From contig OZ024742.1 in the NCBI GenBank assembly GCA_964016885.1, forward strand, positions 182,280,001 through 182,344,000: a stretch of DNA of 64,000 nucleotides, written 5' to 3'. Both the position numbers and the translations under genes were made by a program. The notes beneath the pieces were generated by a model. It was not told where the DNA came from, searched no databases, and saw nothing but the letters and a program-made list of their open reading frames with translations. The DNA is from Eledone cirrhosa. Taxonomy: Eukaryota. Positions 1 through 13,832 of this stretch are shown here, in pieces (position 1 is the stretch's first letter; the number at the start of each line of letters is the position of its first letter).

Positions 1-3000
1 CTATACTACAGAACTACATAACTACACAACTGTACTACAGAACTATATAACTAGAGAAAAACACAACAACTCAACTATAATATAGAACTACATAACTACA
101 GCCCAACTCAATCACAAAACTATACTACAGAACTACAGAACTAGAGAACAACACAACCACACAATTATACTACCGAACTGCATCACTACAGAACAACACA
201 ACCACTCAACTATACTATAAAACTACATAACTACTGAACAACACAACCACATAACTATTCTACAGAACTACATAACTACAGAAAACAGAACCACACAACT
301 ATAATATAGAACTATATAACTACAGTAAAATAAAATCACACAACTATACTGCAGAACTACATAACTACAGCCCAACACAACCACACAACTATGCTAATGA
401 ACTACAGAACTACATAATTACAGAACAATACAACCAGACAACTAAACTACAGAACTACATAACTACAGAACTATACCACCACACAACTACTATACTACAG
501 AACTATATAACTACAGAACAACACAGCCATAAAACTATACTACAGAACTACAGAACTACAGAACAACACAACCACACAACTATACTACAGAACTACATAA
601 CTACACAACCACACAACTATACTACAGAACTATATAACTACAGAACAATATAATCACACAACTATACTACAGAAGTACAGAACAACAGAACTACACAACC
701 ACACAACTATACTACAGAACTATATAACTACAGAACAACACAACTACGATACTATACTATAGAACTATACAACTCCAGAAAAATACAACCACACAACTAT
801 ACTGCAGAACTACATAACTACAGCCCAAGACAACCATACCACTATACTACAGAACAATATAACTACAGCCCAACACAAGCATTCAACTATTCTACAGAAC
901 TACATAACTACAGAACAACACAACCACACAACTCACTACAGAACTACATAACTACAGAACAACACATCCACACAACTAAACTACATAACTACATTACTAC
1001 AGAAAAACATAACTACAGAACTATAGTCCAGAACTATATAACTACAGAACAACAGAACCACACGATTATACTACGGAACTACAGAAATACAGAAAAGCAC
1101 AATCACACAACTATACTACAGAACTAAAGAACTACGGCCCAACACAACCACACTAGTATACTACAGAACTATATAACTACAGAACAACACAGCCACACAG
1201 CTATACTACAGAACTACAGAACAACACAACCACTCAACTATACTACAGAACTACGGAACTACATAAATACCGAACAACACAACCCCACAACTATATTACA
1301 GAATTACAAAACTACATACCAACACAACCACACAACTATACTACAGAAGTACATAACTACAGACCAACACAAACAAACAACTAAACTACAGAACTACATA
1401 ACTACAGAACCACACAACTTTACTACAGAACTACATAACTACAGAACTACACAACCACTCAACAATACTACAGAACTACAGTCCAACACTACCACACAAC
1501 TATACTAGAGAACTACAGAACTACAGAACTATACTACAGAACTACATAATTACAGAACTACACAACCACACAACTATACTATAGAAATATATAACTACAG
1601 AAAAATATAATCACACAACTATACTACAGAACTACACATCTACAGAACAACACAACCAAACAACTATACTTCAGAAATATATAACTACAGAACAACAGAA
1701 CCACACGAGTCTACTACGGAACTACAGAAATACAGAAAAGCACAACCGCACAACTATATTACAGAACCACATAACTACAGCCCAACACAACCACACAAAT
1801 ATACTACAGAACTACAGAACAACACAACCACACAACTAAACTACAGAACTACAAGAAAACAGAACAACACAACTATACTACAGACCTACATAAATACAGC
1901 CCAACACAACCACACAACTATAATACACAACTACAGAACTACAGAACAACACAACCACACAACTATACTACAGTACGATATAACAACAGACGAACACAAC
2001 CACACAACTATACTACATAACTACATAACTACAGAACAACACAACCAAACAACTAAACTACAGAACTAAAATCTACAGAACAACAGAACCACACAACTAT
2101 ACTACAGAACTACATAACTACAGAACAACACAACCACACAACTAAACTACTAAACTACATAACTACAGAACAACATAACTATACTACAGACCTACATAAC
2201 TACAGAACAACACAACCACACAACTATAGTTCGGAACTACAGAACTACAGCCCAACACAACCACATAACTATACTACAGAACTATATAACTACAGAACAA
2301 CACAACCACACAACTATACTACATAACTACATAACTACAGAACAACACAACCACACAACTAAACTACTAAACTACATAACTACAGAACAACAGAACCGCA
2401 CAACTATATTACAGACCTACATAACTACAGAACAACACAACCACACAACTATACTACATAACTACAGAACAACACTACAGAACTACCTAACTACAGAACA
2501 ACACAACCACACAACTAAACTACAGAACTACATAACTACAGAACAACAGAACCACACAACTAAACTACAGAACTACATAACTGCAGCCCAACACAACCAC
2601 ATAACTATACTACAGAACTACATAACTACAGAACTACACAACCACTCAACAATACTACAGAACTACAGTCCAACACTACCACACATCTATACTAGAGAAC
2701 TACATAACTACAGAACTATACTACAGAACTACATAATTACAGAACTACACAACCACACAACTATACTATAGAAATATATAACTACAGAAAAATATAATCA
2801 CACAACTATACTACAGAACTACACATCTACAGAACAACACAACCAAACAACTATACTTCAGAAATATATAACTACAGAACAACAGAACCACACGAGTCTA
2901 CTACGGAACTACAGAAATACAGAAAAGCACAACCGCACAACTATATTACAGAACCACATAACTACAGCCCAACACAACCACACAAATATACTACAGAACT

Positions 3001-6000
3001 ACAGAACAACACAACCACACAACTAAACTACAGAACTACAAAAGAACAGAACAACACAACTATACTACAGACCTACATAAATACAGCCCAACACAACCAC
3101 ACAACTATAATACACAACTACAGAACTACAGAACAACACAACCACACAACTATACTACAGTACGATATAACAACAGACGAACACAACCACACAACTATAC
3201 TACATAACTACATAACTACAGAACAACACAACCAAACAACTAAACTACAGAACTAAAATCTACAGAACAACAGAACCACACAACTATACTACAGAACTAC
3301 ATAACTACAGAACAACACAACCACACAACTAAACTACTAAACTACATAACTACAGAACAACATAACTATACTACAGACCTACATAACTACAGAACAACAC
3401 AACCACACAACTATAGTTCGGAACTACAGAACTACAGCCCAACACAACCACATAACTATACTACAGAACTATATAACTACAGAACAACAGAACCACACAA
3501 CTATACTACATAACTACATAACTACAGAACAACACAACCACACAACTAAACTACTAAACTACATAACTACAGAACAACAGAACCGCACAACTATATTACA
3601 GACCTACATAACTACAGAACAACACAACCACACAACTATACTACATAACTACAGAACAACACTACAGAACTACCTAACTACAGAACAACACAACCACACA
3701 ACTAAACTACAGAACTACATAACTACAGAACAACAGAACCACACAACTAAACTACAGAACTACATAACTGCAGCCCAACATAACCACATAACTATACTAC
3801 AGAACTATATAACTACAGAACAACACAACCACACAACTATTCTACAGAACTACAGAACTATATAACTACAGAACAACACAACCACACAACTATAATATAG
3901 AACTATATAACTACAGAACAACACATCCACACAACTAAACTACAGAACTACATAACTGCAGTCCAACACTACCACACAACTAAACTACAGAACTACATAA
4001 CTACAGAACATCAGAACCACACAAGTATACTACAGTCCTACATAACTACAGCCCAGCACAAACACACAACTATACTACACAGCTATATAATTACAGAACA
4101 ACACAACCACACAACTATACTACAGAACTATTTAACTACATAACAACGGAATCACACAACTATACTACAGAACTACATAACTACAGAACAACACAACCAC
4201 ACACCTATACTACAGAACTACATAACTACAGAACAACACAAACAAACAACTATACTACAGTACTACATATTTAAAGCCCAACACAACCACACAACTATAC
4301 TACAGAACTACGTAACTACAGCCCAACACAACCACACAACTATACTACAGAACTACAGAATTACAGAACCACACAACTATACTACAGACCTACATAAGTA
4401 CAGAACAACAAAACCACACAACTATACTACATAACTACATAATTACAGCCCAACACAACCAAACAAATATACTACAGAACTACTTAACTACAGGACAACA
4501 GAACCACACAGCTATACTACAGAACTATATAACTACAGAACAACAGAACCACACAACTATACTACGGAACTACAGAAATACAGAAAAGCACAACCACACA
4601 ACTATACTACAGAACTACATAACTACAGTCCAACACAACCACACGATTATATTACAGCACTACAGAACAACACAACCACGAAGCTATACTACAGAACTAC
4701 AGATCAACACAAACACGGTAATTATACTACCGAACTACATAACTACAGCCCAACACAACCACACAACTATACTATAAAACTACAAAACTACATGATTACA
4801 GACAAATCCAACCACACAAATATACTACATAACTACATAACTACAGAACAACACAAACAAACAACTATACTACAGAACTACATAATTACAGCCCAACACA
4901 ACCACAGAATTATACTATAGAACTACATAACAACAGCCCAACACAATCACACAACTATACTACAGAACTACATTACTACAAAACAACACAAGCACACATC
5001 TAAACTACAGAACTACATAACTACAGAACAAAAGAACCACACAACTATACTACAGACCTACATAAGTACAGAACAACAAAACCACACTACTATACTACAT
5101 AACTACAGAACTACAGAACAACACAACCACACAATTATAATACCGAAATGCATAACTACAGAACAACACAACCACACAACTATACTACACAACTACATAA
5201 CTACAGAACTACACAACCACACAACCACACAACTATACTACAGAACTACATATTGTAGTATAGTTGTGTGGAGTGTTGTTCTTTAGTTATGTAGTTCTGT
5301 AGTATAGTTGTGTGCATGTGTTGTTCTGTGGTTATATAGTTCTGTATTATAATTGTGTTGTTGGATTGGGCTGTAGTTATGTAGTCATTTAGTATAGTTG
5401 TGTGGTTGCATAGGTCTGTAGTTCGCTAGTATGCAACTATACTACAGAATTAAATAACTACAGAACTACACAACCACACAACAATACTACAAAACTATAA
5501 AACTGCAGTAAAATACAACCACACAACTATACTACAGAACTGCATAACTACAGAACAACACAACAAAACAGCTAAACTACAGAACTACATAACTACAGAA
5601 AAACACAACCACACAACTATACTACAGAACTACATAACTACAACCCAGCACAACCACACAACTATACTACAGAACTACAGAAGAAAACGACCACACAACT
5701 ATACTACAGAACAATACAACCACACAACTATAATACAGCACTATGTAACTAAAGAAAAACACAACAACATAACTATACTACAGAACTACAGAACTACAGA
5801 ACAACACAACCACACAACTATACTACAGAACTATATAACTACAGAACAACAGAACCACACAACTATACTACGAAACTACAGAACTACAGAAAAGCACAAC
5901 CACACAACTAAACTACAGAACTACATAACTCCAGAACAACAGAATTACACAACTTTACTACAGAACTACAAATCTACAGAACTACACAACCACACAACTA

Positions 6001-9000
6001 TACTACAGAACTATATAACTAGAGAAAAACAATCAGGCAACTATACTACAGAAATACATAACTACAGAACAACAGAACAACACAACTATACTACGGACCT
6101 ACATAACTACAGCGCAACACAACCACACAACTATAGTACAGAACTACAGAACTACAGAATAACTCAACCACACAATTATACGACCAAACTGCATAACTAC
6201 AGAACAACACAACCACACAATTATTCTACAGAACTACATAACTACAGAACAACTCAACCACACAACTATACTACAGAACTATATAACCAGAGAACAACAC
6301 AACCAAACAACTATAATATAGAACTATATAACTTCAGAAAAATACAACCACACAACTATACTAGAGAACTACATAACTACAGCACAATACAACCACACAA
6401 CTTTACTACAGAACTACAGAACAACACAACCACACAACTATACTACAGAACTACAGAACTACATAATTACAGACCAACACAACCAAACAACTAAACTACA
6501 GAACTATATAACTACAGAAAAACAAAACCACAGAACTATACTACAGAACTACAGCCCAACACAACCAAACAACTAAACTACAGACCTACATAACTACTGA
6601 ACAACACAACCGAATAACTATTCTACAGAACTACATAACTACAGAACTACACAACCACACAACTATACTACAGAACTACATAACTAAAGTCCAACACTAC
6701 CACACAACTATACTACAGAACTACATAACTACAGTCCAACACTACCACACAACTATTCTACAGAACTACATAACTACAGAACAACACAACCACACAACTA
6801 AACTACGCAACTACAGAAATACAGAAATGCACAACCACACAACTATACTACAGAACTAAAGAACTACAGCCCAACACCACCACACTAGTATACTACAGAA
6901 CTACAGAACTACAGAACAACACAACCTCACAACTATACTACAGAACTACAAAACTACAGTACCACACATCCACACAAGTAAACTACAGAACTAGATAACT
7001 ACAGAACAACTGAACCACACAACTTTACTACAGAACTAGATAACTACAGAACAACACAACCACACAACTATACTACAGAACTACATAACTACACAACTGT
7101 ACTACAGAACTATATAACTAGAGAAAAACACAACAACTCAACTATAATATAGAACTACATAACTACAGCCCAACTCAATCACAAAACTATACTACAGAAC
7201 TACAGAACTAGAGAACAACACAACCACACAATTATACTACCGAACTGCATCACTACAGAACAACACAACCACTCAACTATACTATAAAACTACATAACTA
7301 CTGAACAACACAACCACATAACTATTCTACAGAACTACATAACTACAGAAAACAGAACCACACAACTATAATATAGAACTATATAACTACAGTAAAATAA
7401 AATCACACAACTATACTGCAGAACTACATAACTACAGCCCAACACAACCACACAACTATGCTAATGAACTACAGAACTACATAATTACAGAACAATACAA
7501 CCAGACAACTAAACTACAGAACTACATAACTACAGAACTATACCACCACACAACTACTATACTACAGAACTATATAACTACAGAACAACACAGCCATAAA
7601 ACTATACTACAGAACTACAGAACTACAGAACAACACAACCACACAACTATACTACAGAACTACATAACTACACAACCACACAACTATACTACAGAACTAT
7701 ATAACTACAGAACAATATAATCACACAACTATACTACAGAAGTACAGAACAACAGAACTACACAACCACACAACTATACTACAGAACTATATAACTACAG
7801 AACAACACAACTACGATACTATACTATAGAACTATACAACTCCAGAAAAATACAACCACACAACTATACTGCAGAACTACATAACTACAGCCCAAGACAA
7901 CCATACCACTATACTACAGAACAATATAACTACAGCCCAACACAAGCATTCAACTATTCTACAGAACTACATAACTACAGAACAACACAACCACACAACT
8001 CACTACAGAACTACATAACTACAGAACAACACATCCACACAACTAAACTACATAACTACATTACTACAGAAAAACATAACTACAGAACTATAGTCCAGAA
8101 CTATATAACTACAGAACAACAGAACCACACGATTATACTACGGAACTACAGAAATACAGAAAAGCACAATCACACAACTATACTACAGAACTAAAGAACT
8201 ACGGCCCAACACAACCACACTAGTATACTACAGAACTATATAACTACAGAACAACACAGCCACACAGCTATACTACAGAACTACAGAACAACACAACCAC
8301 TCAACTATACTACAGAACTACGGAACTACATAAATACCGAACAACACAACCCCACAACTATATTACAGAATTACAAAACTACATCCCAACACAACCACAC
8401 AACTATACTACAGAAGTACATAACTACAGACCAACACAAACAAACAACTAAACTACAGAACTACATAACTACAGAACCACACAACTTTACTACAGAACTA
8501 CATAACTACAGAACTACACAACCACTCAACAATACTACAGAACTACAGTCCAACACTACCACACAACTATACTAGAGAACTACATAACTACAGAACTATA
8601 CTACAGAACTACATAATTACAGAACTACACAACCACACAACTATACTATAGAAATATATAACTACAGAAAAATATAATCACACAACTATACTACAGAACT
8701 ACACATCTACAGAACAACACAACCAAACAACTATACTTCAGAAATATATAACTACAGAACAACAGAACCACACGAGTCTACTACGGAACTACAGAAATAC
8801 AGAAAAGCACAACCGCACAACTATATTACAGAACCACATAACTACAGCCCAACACAACCACACAAATATACTACAGAACTACAGAACAACACAACCACAC
8901 AACTAAACTACAGAACTACAAAAGAACAGAACAACACAACTATACTACAGACCTACATAAATACAGCCCAACACAACCACACAACTATAATACACAACTA

Positions 9001-11707
9001 CAGAACTACAGAACAACACAACCACACAACTATACTACAGTACGATATAACAACAGACGAACACAACCACACAACTATACTACATAACTACATAACTACA
9101 GAACAACACAACCAAACAACTAAACTACAGAACTAAAATCTACAGAACAACAGAACCACACAACTATACTACAGAACTACATAACTACAGAACAACACAA
9201 CCACACAACTAAACTACTAAACTACATAACTACAGAACAACATAACTATACTACAGACCTACATAACTACAGAACAACACAACCACACAACTATAGTTCG
9301 GAACTACAGAACTACAGCCCAACACAACCACATAACTATACTACAGAACTATATAACTACAGAACAACACAACCACACAACTATACTACATAACTACATA
9401 ACTACAGAACAACACAACCACACAACTAAACTACTAAACTACATAACTACAGAACAACAGAACCGCACAACTATATTACAGACCTACATAACTACAGAAC
9501 AACACAACCACACAACTATACTACATAACTACAGAACAACACTACAGAACTACCTAACTACAGAACAACACAACCACACAACTAAACTACAGAACTACAT
9601 AACTACAGAACAACAGAACCACACAACTAAACTACAGAACTACATAACTGCAGCCCAACACAACCACATAACTATACTACAGAACTATATAACTACAGAA
9701 CAACACAACCACACAACTATACTACATAACTACATAACTACAGAACAACACTACAGAACTACCTAACTACAGAACAACACAACCACACAACTAAACTACA
9801 GAACTACATAACTACAAAACAACAGAACCGCACAACTATACTACAGACCTACATAACTACAGAACAACACAACCACACAACTATACTACAGAACTACAGA
9901 AGTACATAACTACAGAACAACAGAAGCCCGCAGCTATACTATAGTACTACATAACAACAGCCCAACACAACCACACAAATATATTACAGAACTACATAAC
10001 TACAGCCCAACAAAACCACACAACTATACTACTGAACTACATAACTACAGCCCAACACAACCACACAGCTATACTACAGACCTACATAAATATAGCCCAA
10101 GACAACCACACAACTATAATACACAACTACAGAACTACAGAACAACACAACCATACAACTATACTACAGTACTATATAACTACAGAGCAACACAACCACA
10201 CAACTATACTACAAACACATACCTACAGAACAACACAACCACACAACTATACTACAGACCTACATACCTACAGAACAACACAACCAAACATTTAAACTAG
10301 AGAACTACAAAACTACAGAGCAACACAACCACACAACTAAACTACAGAACTACATAACTACAGAACAACACAACCACAAAACTATACTATAGAACTATAT
10401 AACTGCAGAAAAATACAACCACACAACTATACTACAGAAGTACATAACTACAGAACAACACAACCAAACAACTATACTACAGAACAATACAACCACACAA
10501 CTATACTACAGAATTATATAACTACAGAACAAGACAACCACACAACTATACTACAGAACTACATAACTACAGAACAACACAACCACACATCTATACTACA
10601 CAACTACATAACTACAGAACAACACACCCACACAACTATACTACAGAACTACAGAAGTACATAACTACAGAACAACAGAACCCCGCAACTATATTATACT
10701 ACTACATAACTACAGCCCAACACAACCACACAACTATATGACAGAACTACATATCTACAGCCCAACACAACCACACAACTATCCTACTGATCTACATAAT
10801 TACAGCCCAACACAACCACACAACTATACTACAGCACTACAGAACAACACAACCACGCAACAATACTACAGAACTACATAACTACAGAATAACACAACCA
10901 CACAACTAAACTACAGAACTACATAACTACAGAACAACAGAACAACACAACTATACTACAGACCTACATAAATACAGACCAACACAACCCCACAACTATA
11001 ATACACAACTATTTAACTCCAGAAAAACACAAAAACACAACTATACTATAGAACTATTTAACTACAGAACAACAGAAGCACACAACTATACTACAGAACT
11101 ACATAACTACACTCCAACACTACCACACAACTATACTACAGAACTACATAACTACAGAACAACACAACCACACAAGTAAATTACAGAACTACATAACTAC
11201 ATAATTACATAAAAATCCAACCACACAACTATACTACATAACTACAGAACTACATCCCAACACAACCACACTGCAGAACTAAATAACTACAGAATAACAC
11301 AACCACACAACTATACTACATAACTATATAATTACAGAACAACACAACCACACAACTATACTACAGAATATATAAATACAGAACTACACAACCACATAAC
11401 TATACTATAGAACAATATAACTACAGAACAACACAACCACACAGCTATACTACAGAACTACAGAACAACACAACCACACAATATACTACCGAACTACATA
11501 ACTACAGAACAACACAACCAAACAACTAAAAACTACAGAACTACAAAACTACAGAACAACAGAAGCACAAACTATATTACAGAACTATATAACTACAGAA
11601 CGAAACAAACACAAAACTATACTATAGAACTATAGAACTACAGAAAAATACAACCACACAAGTATACTACAGAACTACATAACTACAGCCCAAGACAACC
11701 ACACAAC
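1..11707 (+). repeat. 45-bp A/C-rich satellite array, block 1
   Basis: Tandem monomer AGAACTAC-ATAACTAC-AGAACAAC-ACAACCAC-ACAACTAT-ACTAC (5x8+5 = 45 bp), with 37/53-bp variants from loss or gain of one 8-mer. Conceptual translation repeats every 15 aa (TTQPHNYTTELHNYR). Confidence 0.97.
5254..5434 (-). repeat. Short inverted satellite segment plus scrambled filler
   Basis: G/T-rich stretch (tgtagtatagttgtgtgg...) that is the reverse complement of satellite over 5254-5407, followed by ~27 bp of filler before the + strand satellite resumes. Confidence 0.93.
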
Positions 11708-12076
11708 TGTAGCTGTTGTCTCCCTTGTTTTGATTAAGATCTAGACGGGAAGTGGAACCCTTTCTGCAACTTCCGGTCAGAGCCCTATAAAACTAACAAC
11801 TTTAAGCTTCCTCTCTCTCTTTGCCTTTTCGGCACCAGGTCAAGAGCCTGTCATTGGGCTCCGCCATTAATTTGGCCAACAGGCGCCTGGCCTTAGCCAG
11901 GCGTCCTCTGCCAGCCGCGTTTGCCTGGCAATCAAAACGGTAACTACTAACTTTGTTTCATTCTAATATCTATCTTTGACATGTCAAGTATACTATCTAC
12001 CATTGTTAATTAAATATTATACACCAAACCATGTCTCGTTTTGTTACATTCACCAACAACCAGTAATCTCGCTATA
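11708..12076 (+). repeat. 5' LTR
   Basis: TGTAGC...CGCTATA. Three substitutions seen by eye relative to 13464-13832. TATAAAA at 11786-11792. Confidence 0.95.
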
Positions 12077-12077
12077 T

Positions 12078-12109
12078 TGGTAACCCTGACGTGATACGAA
12101 CACGCAGCC
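12078..12109 (+). promoter_or_regulatory. Primer binding site complementary to the tRNA-Trp(CCA) 3' end, extended to ~32 nt
   Basis: TGGTAACCCTGACGTGATACGAACACGCAGCC versus the reverse complement of metazoan tRNA-Trp ...GGCTGCGTGTTCGAATCACGTCGGGGTCACCA (recalled): 29/32 identical. Confidence 0.85.
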
Positions 12110-13451
12110 GTTCATCGCTATAAGTGGTCACCCCCCCAAAAAAAGAAGAAAATAGCACATCTGGTTTTGTGAGTAACATTACGAATACACAGTAAATTTA
12201 TCGACAAACTATGAAAATACTCAGTAAAAGAAACACGCACACACGTACATGTGGAATTCGCACAGACAGACTTTTTCTCTCACGCATCAACTAACTGTCG
12301 CATTTCACCAATATATATATATATATGTTTCTCGTTTCTCACAACGAACACTTTCAAAACAAACAAAAAAAAAAAAAAACATTTCACGATATATATATAT
12401 GTTTCTCGTTTCTTACAACGAACTCTTTCAAAACAAAAAAAAGAAATTTGATATTCTTTAAAAAACATTTCAACAGGAACATTTATTTTCGATGAACCAT
12501 TGCCTTTTTGTTCATCGTTTTCTTCATCGTTCAAGTTTTTTGTTTTTTTCCAAAGTTCACACCAATAATTATGCTGAGTGAAGCCTTTCTTTTTCATCAT
12601 TGTCACTTTCAAAATTGCACTATCATTTTCTCGCGCGTTAGAAATATTATTTTTTTCAACCTTGTATTGGCATGTGTAGGCAGCATAAATTCTCGATTCA
12701 CAGAGATGTCTCTACTCACAGACAGCCGCACGCCAGAGATAACATTTCTCACCGGGGATTCTTCAGCCTTAAGCTATATTCTTCTATTTGCCGGTTTATA
12801 AATTTACAATGTAAATTTACCGTTGATAACCGCGCATTTAGTAAGAATGCTTATTTCTCTGGTCGCTGGTCTCTGGACCCTTCCAGGTCAGCGCATTCTC
12901 AACATCGACCATCAACTTCGGCTGCTATTTCTAGCACTTTGCGCAACTCATTTTTTCTAAAAAAAATTTTTTTACTGTGAATTTAAACACCGAATACGCT
13001 CACTCAGCGAGACAACAGCAGCAGCAACAGCAATATAACAGCAACAGCAATACATCAATACAGCTTCACCAAAGCCAGAGAATTCATTTTTGCAGCACTC
13101 TTCCTGTGAGAAAATCTATTCGGAGGTTGGAAATTTCACGATATACCACAGAACAGAAACCACCTGCATTCATTCTCTGGAACACACTTTCTTTCCTGCT
13201 GTCATGTGATTGCACACCTGTGAACTATATTTTGAACTTTGAGCTCTTCTATTACTTTTACTTTATTACATTGTATCTTTGGGTGATGGATAGATGGATG
13301 TCCAGTCGTTCTCTGGCCAAGAGCGGTTGGCTACCTTGATATCTATCATTGATTTTTCCAAACATTCTTTTGTCGTAATTTTCATGCCTGTTACAACATT
13401 CTCGCCAACTTGCTACATATTTTCATTTCGATTTTTATACACTAAAATTCT

Positions 13452-13460
13452 GGCGGGAGG
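13452..13460 (+). promoter_or_regulatory. Polypurine tract of the LTR element
   Basis: GGCGGGAGG 3 nt upstream of the 3' LTR. Confidence 0.65.
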
Positions 13461-13463
13461 TTA

Positions 13464-13832
13464 TGTAGCGGTTGTCTCCCTTGTTTTGATTAGGATCTAG
13501 ACGGGAAGTGGAACCCTTTCTGCAACTTCCGGTCAGAGCCCTATAAAACTAACAACTTTAAGCTTCCTCTCTCTCTTTGCCTTTTCGGCACCAGGTCAAG
13601 AGCCTGTCATTGGGCTCCGCCATTAATTTGGCCAACAGGCGCCTGGCCTTAGCCAGGCGTCCTCTGCCAGCCGCGTTTGCCTGGCAATCAAAACGGTAAC
13701 TACTAACTTTGTTTCATTCTAACATCTATCTTTGACATGTCAAGTATACTATCTACCATTGTTAATTAAATATTATACACCAAACCATGTCTCGTTTTGT
13801 TACATTCACCAACAACCAGTAATCTCGCTATA
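13464..13832 (+). repeat. 3' LTR
   Basis: TGTAGCG...CGCTATA, direct repeat of 11708-12076, followed by TSD CAAC. Confidence 0.95.

Larger units (their letters stand above)
11708..13832 (+). mobile_element. Non-autonomous LTR retrotransposon (TRIM/LARD-like), probably dependent on a Gypsy CsRn1-type element
   Basis: Two 369-bp direct repeats; 4-bp TSD CAAC (11704-11707, 13833-13836); tRNA-Trp PBS after the 5' LTR; purine tract before the 3' LTR; ~1.39-kb interior with no gag/pol motifs. A Trp primer plus 4-bp TSD matches the CsRn1/Kabuki/Boudicca lineage (inference). Confidence 0.9.

Noticed and set aside
12078-12109. tRNA-Trp gene on the minus strand
   Set aside because: Only the 3' 32 nt are present, including an encoded CCA, immediately after the LTR. 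This is a PBS.
12249-13500. Short ORFs inside the LTR element
   Set aside because: Low complexity, with no gag, protease, RT or integrase motifs.
11708-13832. Retrozyme (LTR element carrying a hammerhead ribozyme)
   Set aside because: Size and the 4-bp TSD are similar, but I found no CTGANGA...GAAA core on either strand of the LTR.
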